Shown piece after piece: positions 1-12,220 of a stretch of DNA of 64,000 nucleotides (its first letter is position 1; each line of letters begins with the position of its first letter). Position numbers and translations under genes: made by a program. The stretch covers positions 18,092,754 to 18,156,753 of the forward strand of contig OZ316896.1 in assembly GCA_973895155.1 (NCBI GenBank), written 5' to 3'. The notes beneath the pieces were generated by a model. That model saw only the letters and a program-made list of their open reading frames with translations. It ran no database searches and had not been told where the DNA came from. The DNA is from Marsupella aquatica. Its lineage: Eukaryota; Plantae; Marchantiophyta.

Positions 1-949
1 ACAGGTACTGGGGTACGCAATTTTGTACAGGTACTGGGGTAGATTTCTCTAGCTTAGTTGTATGGACACACAAGCAGCATGGTGAAATTGAAAAAATTAA
101 ATGGATTAAAAATTTGATAAATTCAAAATAGTACAAAGCACACATCACGTGGACCAAATTGAGTTAAAAATATATAGCAAATAATTCAGAGAAGACAAAG
201 TAGCAAGAATGGGTCTCACCATACCAACCCCTCCCCATGCCACTCTTCAGCTTATCTTATTTACTAAATTCTTATCTATCCATGCAACTGATGCCGGTGT
301 TCCTGGTTGCCCAACTTTTGCCTCTCCTCTATTACCCACAACGGGCCCACAACTCATCCCTTCTTCTTAGACTATCCCTTCTTGCATGTAAAGTTTTGCT
401 TGGACCATCTTTTGTACCGACAGCATAAATGCAAGATTTACAACAATTTTGCAACCACTTTCACTTCCACTATCTTCTGCCTTGACCCGTTTTCATGGTG
501 AAAATGTTGTGCTTCAACAAGACAGGTAAGTGATTTGTTTACCCTAACTTTCTCCCTCACCCAACACTTCCTTTTGACTCACCCTGGCCCTCATTGTCTT
601 GCTGTTAGCCCCACCCCTCCTCTGGGCTCACCCCTACCATTGGAACAGGAAGACTTGGGCAATGACGATAATTCACATCAACAGCACATTTTCCAATGCT
701 CTGACCATCTTCCCCATCGACAACACTTTGTGCAACATTTCTTTTCCACAATGACGACATGTCTAACAGTGGAACTTGCACAATGACAACACTTCTAAAA
801 TAACTTCATCCCTGTAACAACAACTGTGGATTGGGCTGATAAGTATTGAAAACTATAAAGAAAGGTTGCTCCATTTTATAGTCTGGTTGTCATTCAAATT
901 TGCATTCTCTTAAAAATTAGAAACATGAAAGAATCTAATCAAGGAGAAG

Positions 950-985
950 GAATAAAAAGAAAAGAAAAGAAAAGAAAAGAAAAAA
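950..985. repeat. (AAAAG)n microsatellite
   Basis: Read directly: AAAAGAAAAGAAAAG... Confidence 0.9.
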
Positions 986-1339
986 TAATATAGTGTGAAT
1001 GAAAATGGACTGCACTGTTCCAAAGCAAAAAACAATCTAATAGTAAACAGGATTAATGGGGAGGGCCGCTAGCACTCAGGGAGTATCAAGAAGACCTCCC
1101 TTTAATATGTACCACTATAATACCGATCCAGTCCCTTTACAAAGTTTTAAAAAAAAAGTGAGAATCAATTATGTTAACCATTCATGAAAACATTAACCAC
1201 ATTTTAAGTCTATCCATACACCCCCTCTAAAATAAGCTCCTGCCCAAGCTACTCTTTAGCCTTCCCATCCTCCCACAATTAAAAACTTAATTAAAAACAT
1301 ATCATTTTTCTAATTTTTACATTTTATTTTCAAATTTTT

Positions 1340-1790
1340 TTCCTTGCTTTGATATCGTTTCCTCATTTTGCCATCTTTTTCCCACATTGACATCTTTACT
1401 TCACCATTACATTTTATCTCACTGTCTTCAAGATCCTTTCTTCATCTTGACATCCTTTTTTCAACTTTGGATCTTTTCTCACCTCAAGATTTCTTCTCAC
1501 CTCAAGATATTTTCCTCACCTCAAGATATTTTCTCACCTCAACAATGTCTTGTCCTTAGTTTTCTCATGTTGTCATCTTTTTCTCATCATCTTTTTCTCA
1601 CCCCAATGTCTTTACTTCACCCTCGACTTCTTTTCTCTCCTTGACAATTTTTTCCTCATCTTGACATATTTTTCTCATCTCGCCATCTTCCTCTCCTTGC
1701 ATATTTTTTGCACCTTGGCATATTTTTCCTCATTGACATCTTTTCTCACCTCAACATCTTGTGTGCAAGGCACAGGTATCGGGCCCAATA
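1340..1790 (+). mobile_element. Degenerate non-autonomous Helitron with internal ~19-21 bp minisatellite
   Basis: Array of TTTTCTCACCTCAAYATCT-like units ending in GTGTGCAAGGCACAGGTATCGGGCCCAAT (1761-1789), a decayed copy of the Helitron-type 3' end at 9192-9216. Related ACGACATCT units continue to ~2030. Confidence 0.55.
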
Positions 1791-4489
1791 TTTCACAACA
1801 TCTTTGAGTTATGACATACTTTACTCATTGACCATTTTGTACTTAACAACATCGTTATATTTAATGACATCTTTGGCATAACGACATCTATTTCCTTGAC
1901 GACACTTTTTACTTGATGACATCTTGGGCAACACGACATCTTGGGTGTCACGACATCTCTTTTCTTAAGAACATCTTGGGCCCCACGAGATCTTTATTTT
2001 AACATCTTTTATCTTCACTACATCTTTTGTGCATCACAAGGGGTATTGAGCTAGTAAATATATAAGACGTGTTTCAAGTTGCAAGCCAGTTTGTGGCCTG
2101 GGGGTCTCATAGGGTTGCTCCAACTTTAAACAATCTCCCCCAGGTGGTAAGAAAAAGCTAAAAGCTATTTTTTTAGCATTATCGTATTTAGATATATGAG
2201 AGAACAAATGTTCTTTAAGGTACCTACGGTGTAAAGATTCCCTCCCAAAAAGGTAAAACATGTCTTGGGTAGAGTTTTCCATCCAAAAGTATTCTCATGT
2301 TGAAAAGAATAATAAATCATTCCTTTTTAGAGTTTGGATGTATTTATTATAACCCCTTTAAAGCAAGCATAAAAAAGGTTTTTGTTTACTTGGTATTTGT
2401 GTCTCAATGCTCATTCCTTTACACGGTGTCTTCTCCTCTCATCTTATTCTTTTACAAAGAGTTGGCCCCACTTCTATTTCCATATGACATTTTTCTAGTA
2501 GACAACTATTCAGCTTCTAAATTATTGTAAAAATTATTGTGAATCCCTTTCAAGAAATGGTGGGCCTCTCATGTTTTTCTCATAATGACTTAAGCTAGCC
2601 ACATGTAAGTTACTCAAAACCATAAACTTAGGAAACAGAACTTGGAGCTCATGTCGACAGGGAGGGGGTAAAATGTTTGTTTCTCACAACTCTTAAATTC
2701 CATCACACTCTTGAGAATAGATAGCTTAGGGTCTAGGTTCTCGGTATATATTGAGAAGAATCAATTTAATATAAAATGTATTGTACATAAGGATTAAACC
2801 ACATGTTCTATCAAAGGATGAGCAAGATTGAAAATAAATACACACCTTAAGGGGGTCTCCAAAAAGGAAATTAAAAACATTAAGAGTGTGTAAAATTAAT
2901 TTTGAATTCCAAAAATTGCAAAGGATACACCTTGTCTAAAATAAATTGAAACAAAAATACTTCTAAAAAAAATCTCAATAAGGCAAAGTAACCCAAGTAG
3001 GCTCCCCAACTCAAGGGAACTACACCATCACTACATGCCATCACTTGCAAGTTTTGAGGGTGTCGAACACTCTAGAACTTAAGAACGATGTCTTCTCAAC
3101 AAGTTTTGTACCCCTATCTGTTTTAAGTATTCCAAATTTGGTTCTTAAAACCTTATCTTTCCTTATAATACATGCATTTGAATTTAAAAGTTCTAAATGG
3201 TTTTCCACAAAAAATTTAAAGTTTTTCCTTAGAATTAATAAAAATCACATATTTTGTCCCACTTGGTGTGTCATTTTTGCAGAAGTGAGGGCCCCTGGTT
3301 TGGGGTTTGCTCCTGGGAGTTTCAATCCACTTTTTTTTTAAGAAACAAGACAGTAAAAAATATAATTAAGGTACATATATGGATTCTCCACCAGAAGTGG
3401 GCATAATGTGACTATTGAGCTCTGATGAGCATTGAAAGCTAGGAGTATCTAAGCATTCTTGATCAACAATGGGCTTCGGGGTGAGTCTAAAAAGATCTCA
3501 AAATGCCTGTAATTGTGGGCAAATTACAAGACACAATTCTAGTAGAAGAGACTTGCAATGACACACTGAGATATATGAACCGCCTATAGCATGCATTTGT
3601 TCAAGGCCATTTTGAAACTGTGCAATAGACTATGTTAACATAGCCAGAAATTGTCTAGCAATCCTAGAATTTGACAAGCACCTTGTTTGAGCAGTGGCTT
3701 GGTGAGATGACTTTAACCAATGAAGGATATGATAACACATTATTAATATTTTCTCTTTGTCTTGGTTTTCTTGGAGAATAAATAAAGAAGCAGAAGCTCA
3801 GATGCACCAGAAGGCTTTAGTTGGCAATAACTTGGATGGATGGACCATTGTCAAATGTTGTTTAAAATTCAAATCATATATTTTCTATGTATAGATGGTC
3901 CCAGTTTTGGATCTAAAAACTTTCTAGATTAATCCAACTTACATCTTAAGACCCACTCAAGCATCAATGTTATAGCTATATTAAGAAGTTTCCAAGCAAG
4001 ATCCAAAATCAAAGAAGGACCTAATTAGACCGCTCGAGCATCTTCTGGACTTGATGGACCACCAGATGTATTTAGGACTTGACGAGAACCAGTCCTTTGG
4101 ACGGTCTACAATCAGAAATTTGTAAAACACAATAATTCTGCAGCAGTTATAGTTTGGTCGGCCTCTGCTACACAGGGCACCAAAAAACCTACAAAATATT
4201 AGTCTTTGATAAACCCCAGTATTTACTGCATGAGTCATTAAATTGTATTTGTGGTGAATTTTTTTATGTGATTTCTCAACGTTCAAGCTACGTGCTTAAA
4301 AAGTTTTGCACTTTTGGACATCTCCTTACTCAATCCTACATCCTTAAAAATTAATATTTTACAAACAGAAATTTACAATTGTGCACTTTTCTTTAGGTAC
4401 CTTGAGAAAAGTTTGAACCAACACTAAGTAAGTACCTTAATCCTTCAAATAAGTAAACACATTCTAAGTTCAGCCTAAAAGAATTACAC

Positions 4490-4815
4490 TGTTCACCATA
4501 ATTAGTGTGACTAACACTAATTTGAGAGCGCCAATTTTCAGGGTCTAGTTGTGAATTAGTGTTAGTCACACTAATTCGTGCTAACACTATTCCCACAAAC
4601 ATGAATTAGTGTTAGTATGGGCTCAAGAGTGGAAAACTAGAGGGAAAACATCTATTTGAAAACTCCACAGGAATAGTGTACTTTGGACTCAAGATCATCC
4701 ATAGTTTACTAGCCTTAAAAAAATTAGTGCTACTTGGACTCAAATCACTTTTTACTAAAATTAGTGTTAGTAACACTAACTTTATACTAACACTAATTCT
4801 TGCATAACACTAATT
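4490..4815. repeat. AT-rich repeat built from AATTAGTGT/ACACTAATT motifs (MITE-like or subterminal TE repeat)
   Basis: Many direct and inverted copies of AATTAGTGT(T/G)A. The same motif family recurs at ~24080-24380. Confidence 0.45.
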
Positions 4816-5199
4816 ATGGTGAAGAGTGTAGGCTTTTGCAAAACACACGACTTCAGAAAAGTTCCCAAGTGTACTGTAGATTTTTGAAGATAAGAAGGGC
4901 CTGGTCTGATGATTCTTGAATAAATGATGAGATTTAAAGAACCATAATTTATGATAAAAATTGGGAAAAAACAAAGTATTGTGGAGGGAAAGTAAAAGAG
5001 GTTCAAAGAGGACAAACACCTACACAAAAGAGGCAAGTGCAACCCTGAAAAGAAAAAAGAAAAAAAGGGGAAGTTTTGCTAACACTACACTCGTGGGATG
5101 AACTAATTCACATCTAAAACAAATGTGGCAAGAGTTAATGGTCCACATCAAGTGTTCTAACTAAATCTGCAAATGGGATAGGAATATAGTCTAGGGGGG

Positions 5200-5800
5200 C
5201 AAGCCCATGCAGAGTCACACTCGCACCTACTGTGAGGGATTGACAATAAATTGTTTGATCTTGAGCAAGCTATTGTAACGTCACTGACAGAAGTGCACGG
5301 TTGAAATAGATAGTCAGGTACAGTAGATAGCGGGGGTTTGGTGGCACCCATTTGTCCATGAATATCACATGGGATATCATAAACAACCTATCAAAGAAGC
5401 CCATCAAGCTGATGATGAAGACGCCCAAATATCTCAATAGCAATGGGGAGGAAGACATCAGAATGACGCAGCTCAAGTGGCATGTTTTTCCTATTTTGTC
5501 ATTGCCGCCTGTGATGCCACAGCCCTTGCCAATGTTGCTAGGTTCCAGATGATGTCTAAGCACAAAGGATTTACCACCACAACATCAGTCAAAGTACCTT
5601 GAATATCATGAACCATGGTAAGATCAACCTCTAATTGTTGTGGTGGAGAATTGGGTAGCTCAATCACCACCTCCAGCATGTACCAAAACCCACAAAGAAC
5701 CTAGGCAATAGCATCTCTCATAATATTATGAAAAATAACTGGTTTTGTCACCCAAACTGCACCCAACAAATTGGACCCTATGGCATCACAAGACGTCCCA
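5200..5800 (-). mobile_element. CRE/NeSL-like non-LTR retrotransposon relic, C-terminal restriction-like endonuclease (copy 1, highly decayed)
   Basis: Minus-strand translation across frameshifts gives HNIMRDAIA, VDLTMV..GTLTDVVVVNP and FLPIAIEIFGRLH, collinear with the motifs of the copy at 6358-7154. Confidence 0.55.
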
Positions 5801-5914
5801 AGTGTGCAATAAGTAGATAAGCCTACAAGAAAGGGGTGGGGCAACACTAGACGATGAGGCATGGCTAGACCATATGGCTAGACATAAACTGTTTAATAAT
5901 TTTATAATTAGAGT

Positions 5915-6155
5915 TCTGGGGAAATAGCCTTCTACTATCAACTCACTTGTCAATCCAGATAGACTTGAGTACAGTACCTTATCCCCAGCACTGCAAACTA
6001 ATAAAAATGTTGTTATATAAATAGAGTTATAATTCATGGAAAATAGCCTTCTACTGTCAATTCTCTTGGATAGCAAATTGGATAGACGTGAGTCATTGAG
6101 TGAGTGCATTGCCTTGTCCCCAGCGCTGCACACTAATAAATGCTGTTTTCTTTAC
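5915..6155. repeat. Diverged ~120 bp tandem duplication
   Basis: GGAAATAGCCTTCTACT...CCCCAGC.CTGCA.ACTAATAAA occurs twice, at ~5919 and ~6038. Confidence 0.7.
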
Positions 6156-6357
6156 ATGCCGGCCTCTACTTCCGTACTAATGCGTTGGGACTTGGGAACA
6201 CACAATTTAATAGGAGAATATTGTTATTTAGATTACTGTAGGCATTCACTATTCTGGGTCTGGGTAGGATGACGCTCTTTGTTCTAGAGTCTTAGATAAA
6301 GTACTATTCTTGGTAGGGAGGGGCTAATATTCTTTTAGAGTCTCTAGACAAATTCTT

Positions 6358-7154
6358 GTATATAACAGTGCCAAAAAGAGAGGAAAGCCAAACCTGGAGA
6401 CATGGTCCCATAGACAAAAAAACACAATAAAGGGAGCAAGTAAAAGACCCCAAGAAGACCAAAGAGGCCCAAGAAGTCAAGGAGTAACCTAGCAAATAAA
6501 ACCAAAAGACAAAGGAGAAAACAACAAACAAACAACCCTACTGGGCGGTAAACTAACAAGCCTGGTAGAACTCTGGAGTAAACCGCATAGGAGGGTCCGA
6601 GAGGGGAATCTGCTAGAGGCCCTAAAGCCAACTGCCTCAGCCCTATGAAGAATAGTGAAAGCACGGGCCCTCTGAAGTGCCACAAAAACCCTTTGTCGAA
6701 AGAAGGCCGTGAGGGCAGAAACAGGGGGCAAAGGCCTCCGCTCGATACAAAACACTACACAAGCCCGAAGGAAGTGGTCAAAACAAGGGTGGAGAGCACC
6801 AAAGACCTCAAGGGCAAAGGGGTAAAAAAGATCCCCCGGGTAACGGACCGCATAGGCCTCAGTCCTCCTTGAGTCAAGCTGCCTTGGCAGCAACATGTCC
6901 AGGAACATGGGCTGCCACCGCAACATTACTCCCACCAGTAGGATCAGCAACCACCACATCACGAAGGGAACGAACACCAGCCCCAGAAAAAACCAGGTCA
7001 GCCCGACGCAGGTCCGGAACGTCATTCCTGGGTGGAAGGACATGTCGTTGCTCCATAGCAACATGGTAACCAGAGTCCCGGGCAATGGCAGCAACCACGT
7101 CCCAAATGTCATCATGTGTCACCGTCTGCTCGCTCCTGTAGGTTGAGGCTTTGT
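6358..7154 (-). mobile_element. 5'-truncated CRE-like (RLE-type) non-LTR retrotransposon with ~25 bp target-site duplication (copy 2)
   Basis: Translation gives HDDIWDVVAAIARDSGYHV..RRADLV..DVVVADP..AAKAA, then Y..DLFYPFALEVFGALH..RQRVFVALQR, which are RLE motifs (RxD, D, K..Y, P..E..G). Flanked by TTTTAGAGTCTCTAGACAAATTCTT (6333-6357) and TTTTAGAGTCTATAGACAAACTCTT (7155-7179). Confidence 0.7.
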
Positions 7155-7289
7155 TTTTAGAGTCTATAGACAAACTCTTCATGATGTCCCTATGCCCTTC
7201 ACTCTTGAGATATGCAAGGCTTTTCATTTATAGCAAGCTGCCAAACTTACAACAAAGAGCTCCTAGTGGGGGGCCAGAATCTCAAAGGC

Positions 7290-7625
7290 ACGAGACCCAA
7301 TAAAGGATAGAAGATAAGAAAGGCAAGAAGACCAAAGAGTAAGAAAAGCCCATGAGTCCCAATCATCACTTGCAAAAGACCTAAAGCCTTACTAAGCAAT
7401 GGCTGAAAATGCCAATGAGGACAGAGACTGGGGATAAGGCTTAGGCCCTACAGAAAAGACCGCACATGGTTGAAGAAAACCTTCAAAAAGAGGGTGAATA
7501 GACCCCGAGACCTCCAAGGCAAGTAGGTAGAAAAGATACCTCCACTAACAAGCAACATAGTCCTTCTCCTTGAGCAGTGTTGCCTTGGTTGCAGCATGGC
7601 CAGGTACATGGTAGCAACCACATAT
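7290..7625 (-). mobile_element. CRE-like retrotransposon 3' fragment (copy 3)
   Basis: HVPGHAATKATLLKEKDY..LFYLLALEVSGSIHP matches HVPGHVAAKAA..LFYPFALEVFGALHP in copy 2, and the 3' tail is similar. Confidence 0.6.
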
Positions 7626-8329
7626 ACCAGAGTTAAACCAGTAGGGTTTTAGTTTGTTGTTGTAGGGTCTTCATTCATTTTGCTGACTGTTGTTCGGATT
7701 GTAAGCCAGGTCTTCCTGGGGTTTTTGTCCATGTTGTCTGTTGTATATTGGGTTTCTTGTTTTGGGGATTGTCTCTGTTGTTCTTTGACAGTGAGTAGGC
7801 TCTCTCTAAGTGCACACTCCCAGGTAGAAGCATCTGGTGTGCACTAAATCAAGTTTGCACTATCTGATAAGTGCAAATAGGTAACAATATGCACTTATTG
7901 GTAAGAGAGTATGCTTTATAGTGAACAGTCTCATGACTCCCAACCCAAATTGTATGTCCCTGCCCTAATTCAGTGTCCTACTCCATAAGTGCATTTTTTA
8001 CTCTACTAAAAAAGGGCCACCCATTTATCAGTAAATGCAATTTCATGGGATTGTGCACTTACTGATAAGGATACTGATAAGGGTACATGTAAACTAATCA
8101 AAGGTTTGCACTTATAAACAAACATATCACGCCTGTTATGCACTTAAACAAGGATGCAACAAGTGCAAACTTTATGTAGAGAAAACAAAGAACGGGACGC
8201 CTTGCAGTACTCCAAGGGTTAGATTAATGGAGTTTGTACTTAGAAAGACTCGACTGAATATTACTATAAAAGTGCCAATTGAAGTCTATGTTTAAGGGCC
8301 TAGGTCTAGACTAAAGCCTCTAGACCCGG

Positions 8330-8816
8330 TTTGAACTGATGAACACATTGTTGTGTTGTTCGACACAAGAACTTGTCATTTGTCGGCTCCAAAAGGGGTC
8401 AAATGTTGCATATTTGCCTATATTCCCCGGATGGCTGGGACTGAACAGGTCGGGACAGGCCGGATCAGGGTCAGGACAGGCCAGGGTAGGGTCAGGCTGG
8501 GGCAGGTCGGGGCCAGGACAACTGGGTGGGACACATTTGGATGTCGGGGTCCAGACCCCTCATTTGTTGGAAAAATCCAAACAGGGCCTCTAGACCGTAA
8601 CTCCCAATACAGACAAAATTGATAATGAGGTTCATTAAGATCAAAATTAAAATGAGGATGGACAAAAGTGACATTGACTTTAAATAAAGACAAAACTGAA
8701 ATGAGAAAGGACAGAAAACAAGGATGGGCAAAGACTAACCAAAATAGCATATAAATTTTATTGTGCAGATTTTTCTTCATATCTATTTATGTTCAAGAAA
8801 CAGGTCATCGGGCTAG
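8330..8816 (+). mobile_element. Possible Helitron relic with GC-rich GG(C/T)CAGG repeats
   Basis: Ends in TGTTCAAGAAACAGGTCATCGGGCTAG|T (8790-8817), similar to the 3' end at 9192. The 5' boundary is uncertain. Confidence 0.4.
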
Positions 8817-9191
8817 TACATATAATGAATGCAAGCTTGCTGACAATTTTTTTTTGTTTTGATACACCACTGATCTCTAAATTACTGACCTCTAAATGGG
8901 TCTTGATAGTATGCTGTAAGATATTTAGAGGTCAGTAATGTACCCATCTTTTCTAATTGGGGTCGTTCAGAATTACAAACAGGTGCACTAACTGTGTACA
9001 TCTTTTGCCCCATCTGTGTACCCATGTTTTTTATTTGTGGTCCGTCAAAGTTACCAACAGACAGGTGTACTAACAGTGTACATCTTTTGCTCCATCTTTG
9101 CTCAACTTCTCTCACAGTAATAGGTGTACATTCAGCACTGGTAATAACAACAGGTCAGTTGGGGGGAAATTTTAGCAATATTATAGTAGGA

Positions 9192-10800
9192 CTAGCCCAA
9201 TGCCCGTGCGTTGCACAAAAGATGTCAAGGTGATAAAAGATGCCGAGAAGAGACAAGATGTCGAGCTGATAAAAGATGACAAGGTGAAAAAAGATGTCAA
9301 GGTGAGAAAAATATGTCGAGGTAATAAAAGATGTTAAGGAGAGAAAAAATGTCAAGGGCTAGGTTGAAAAAAGATGTGAAGGTGAGAAAAGAAGTCGAGG
9401 TGAGAAACGATGTCAAGGTGACACAAGAAGTCGAATAGAGAAAAGGATGTCGAGGAGAGAAAAGATGTCAAGGTGAGAAAAAATGTTGAGGTGAGCAAAC
9501 AATGTCAAGATGATAAAAGAAGTCAAAGAGAGAAAAAGATGTCAAGGAGAGAAATGATGTTGAGGTGAGAAAAATCTGGACAAAAACATGACTTGTCCAG
9601 GTTCACAGAAAAGATGTTGAGGAGAGAAATTTGTTTTGAGATGGGAAAAAAATGAGGAGAGAAAATATGTCAAGTTGAACAAAAGATGTCGAGGAGAGCA
9701 AAATATGTTGAGGAGAAAAATGTGTGCCAAGGAGAGAAAAAAATGTTGAGCAAGAAAAGATGTAAGGTAGAGCAAATGATTTTGAGGTGAGAAAATAAAC
9801 TTGACACTTTTCCACCCATAACCATGAACGGAAGGGGCAAGATGAAGCCTCTCCCTCCCTTTTTTCCCATCCATGTGCCCCTTCCCTTTTCTCCTTGCCT
9901 CTCCCCCTCTTTGTTTTGCTTCCAAGGCTTTTTTTAGATGATAAACTTCAAATTTTGTAAGACAATTGTGTTGCACGAAAGATGTTGAGGAGAGAAAAAA
10001 TGCCAAGGTCAGCAAAAGATGTTGAGGGGAGAAAAGATCGAGGTGAGCGAGATGTTAAGGAGAGAAAAAGATTTTGAGGAGAGAAAAGATGTCATGGAGG
10101 AAAAGATGTTGAGTAGAGAAAAAGATGTTGAGTAGAGAAAAAGATGTTGAGATGAGATTGAAATAGATTCCAAGGAAAGGAGAGAAATGGTGTTGAGGAG
10201 AGAAAAAATGTTGAGATGAGAAAAACATTTCAAGGAGACAAAAGATGCTAAGGTGAGCAAAAAGATGTCGAGGAGAGAAAAAATGTGGAGAGAGATAGAT
10301 TTTGAGATAACAAAAGGGTTTTTAGGCTAGGTAAAGATATCAAGGCAAGAAAAGATGTCATGAGAGGTGACAAAGATGACATAGATGAAAATGTAAGCTG
10401 CCTAAATCCAAATATGAGGACACATCAAAGACATTAATACCACACTCATGCATATACCAACCTCGTCATATAGAACATTTTTGGTCAACCTTGCAAGACC
10501 CTCCTCATAATCCGGAAGCAAGACCTTAATACTTGTAGAAAATGTCGGGGTGAGGAAAAGATGTCGAGGTGAGGAAAAAATGTTGAAGGGAGCAAAAGAT
10601 ATCAAGTAGAGGGAAAGATGTCAAGGCAACACAAAGATGTTGAAGTGATGCAAAGAAATGTAGGAAAGTGTTGCACAAAAGATGTTGAGGCAAGGAAAAG
10701 TGTCAAGATGAAGTCCAGGTGAGGAAAGTATGTTGAGGAAAGAAAAGATTTTGAGGCCTTGTTATGCAAAAGATGTTGTGAAGGAAAAATGTCATTATGT
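9192..10800 (-). mobile_element. Non-autonomous Helitron (or tandem Helitron array) filled with ~19-21 bp minisatellite
   Basis: Minus strand ends TTTTGTGCAACGCACGGGCATTGGGCTAG|T: GTGC-AAC-GCAC hairpin, CTAG terminus, following T, as in plant Helitron 3' ends. The body is dozens of AAAAGATGT(C/T)(A/G)AGG(T/A)GAG units. The 5' end was not located. Confidence 0.7.
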
Positions 10801-12104
10801 CCAAAAAAAATTTGTGTAAATAATGTTTGCATTTAGGGTTTGGTTGCAAAAGATTTACTGTTGTGTTGTAAATAATAAATGGTTGCCATCTCGCACCCCA
10901 TGCTCTTGCCAAGCATGGTCGCACAAAGTGAGCAGTTTTTAGTTTTTTAATTTCATTAAAATTTTTGCTCTGCACTAAAGCATGCAACTATCCCCTGTTG
11001 TTTTCCTTTTCTTTTCACCATCTCTTCTTACTTTCCTCCATGTATTAAACTCTCCATGTACCAATTTCTCTCTATCCCTCTGCCTATTGCTGTATCTTTT
11101 GGGGAGTGTACTAATTATACTCCAATATAACCTCCATGATGAGAAACCAAAAAATATATTCTAATTAGTTCCATAATCATTGTACCTTCAAGTACAATTG
11201 TCAACAAGTGTAATTAAAGCATGTAAAGTGGTCAGATGAACCTTGGTTTCTACAGTACATGTACTTTTCAAGTTTGCATGTGAAATAAAAATGAGGGGAG
11301 ACACTAGGATGATTTTGGTGTCATCGAATGGTCATTAAAAATTTTCTTTTCAATGGACGATCTCAATTCTTTCCCACCTCTTCAGATATTTGTAAGCAGA
11401 CAAAACCTAGAAATGGGCGGGATTCCATATTATAGAAGTAGAAACTGGTCATGTGCAAAAAGGGATGGCACCATGGTGTATGTTTAGGGCTGTCTTGCGT
11501 GTGGGAGGGCCCTTGAGTTTCCGGCACTCAAGTGAATGGGTGCCTCAACCTCCTCCTTAGGCAGACCCGACTGGCAAGACTTGGAAACTTCCCTGCCCGC
11601 TTCCCGGCCCTTAAGGTCCTGAACCTTGATAATTGAGACAAGAGTAAGTTCACGCAAATCAAGAAGAGATTCTGTGCAAAATCAAAATACACTTTTTCCC
11701 AGCAATTTAGAAGTGCAGGGCCATAAAAGAATGGGCTCTGGACACTCATGATGACCTTTAGACAAAAAGTGAAGGGTGCCAAAACATAAATCCAAAGTTA
11801 ATTGCACAAAGTTGATCACTTGATCGGGTCAAAACGAGTGACAAAATGGTAGAGTCTTGGTTTATGTTCTGACAAACTTTGGTCGGAGCTGGCAGCAACA
11901 TTAGGGACTGGGACGGGCAGTGTATGGGACCCCAGGAGTAGGGGAGCACTAATGGACTTAATGCACACTGATAGCCTTCTATCACCATCAGTACTTCTGT
12001 ACTTGGAGTGCCTTGGACTGTAGAACAAGGGTTAACCAAGTCCCTCCTACATCTTGTGCACTTGTGTCCAAGACTGAACCATGTCACTCTGATGGGGAAC
12101 CATT

Positions 12105-12220
12105 AAATGTTCTTAAAACACAATTACACTACACACTTGGATGCAATAGACTTCGGGTTCTTCTTTGTTACACAGGGCAAATGTTCTTAAAACACAATTA
12201 CACCACACACTTGGATGCAG
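12105..12220. repeat. Short direct duplication (~40 bp, period ~73)
   Basis: AAATGTTCTTAAAACACAATTACAC.ACACACTTGGATGCA occurs twice. Confidence 0.85.

Noticed and set aside
9200-10800. Many Phe/Ser/Leu-rich ORFs, also at 1368-1807
   Set aside because: These are translation artefacts of the minisatellite.
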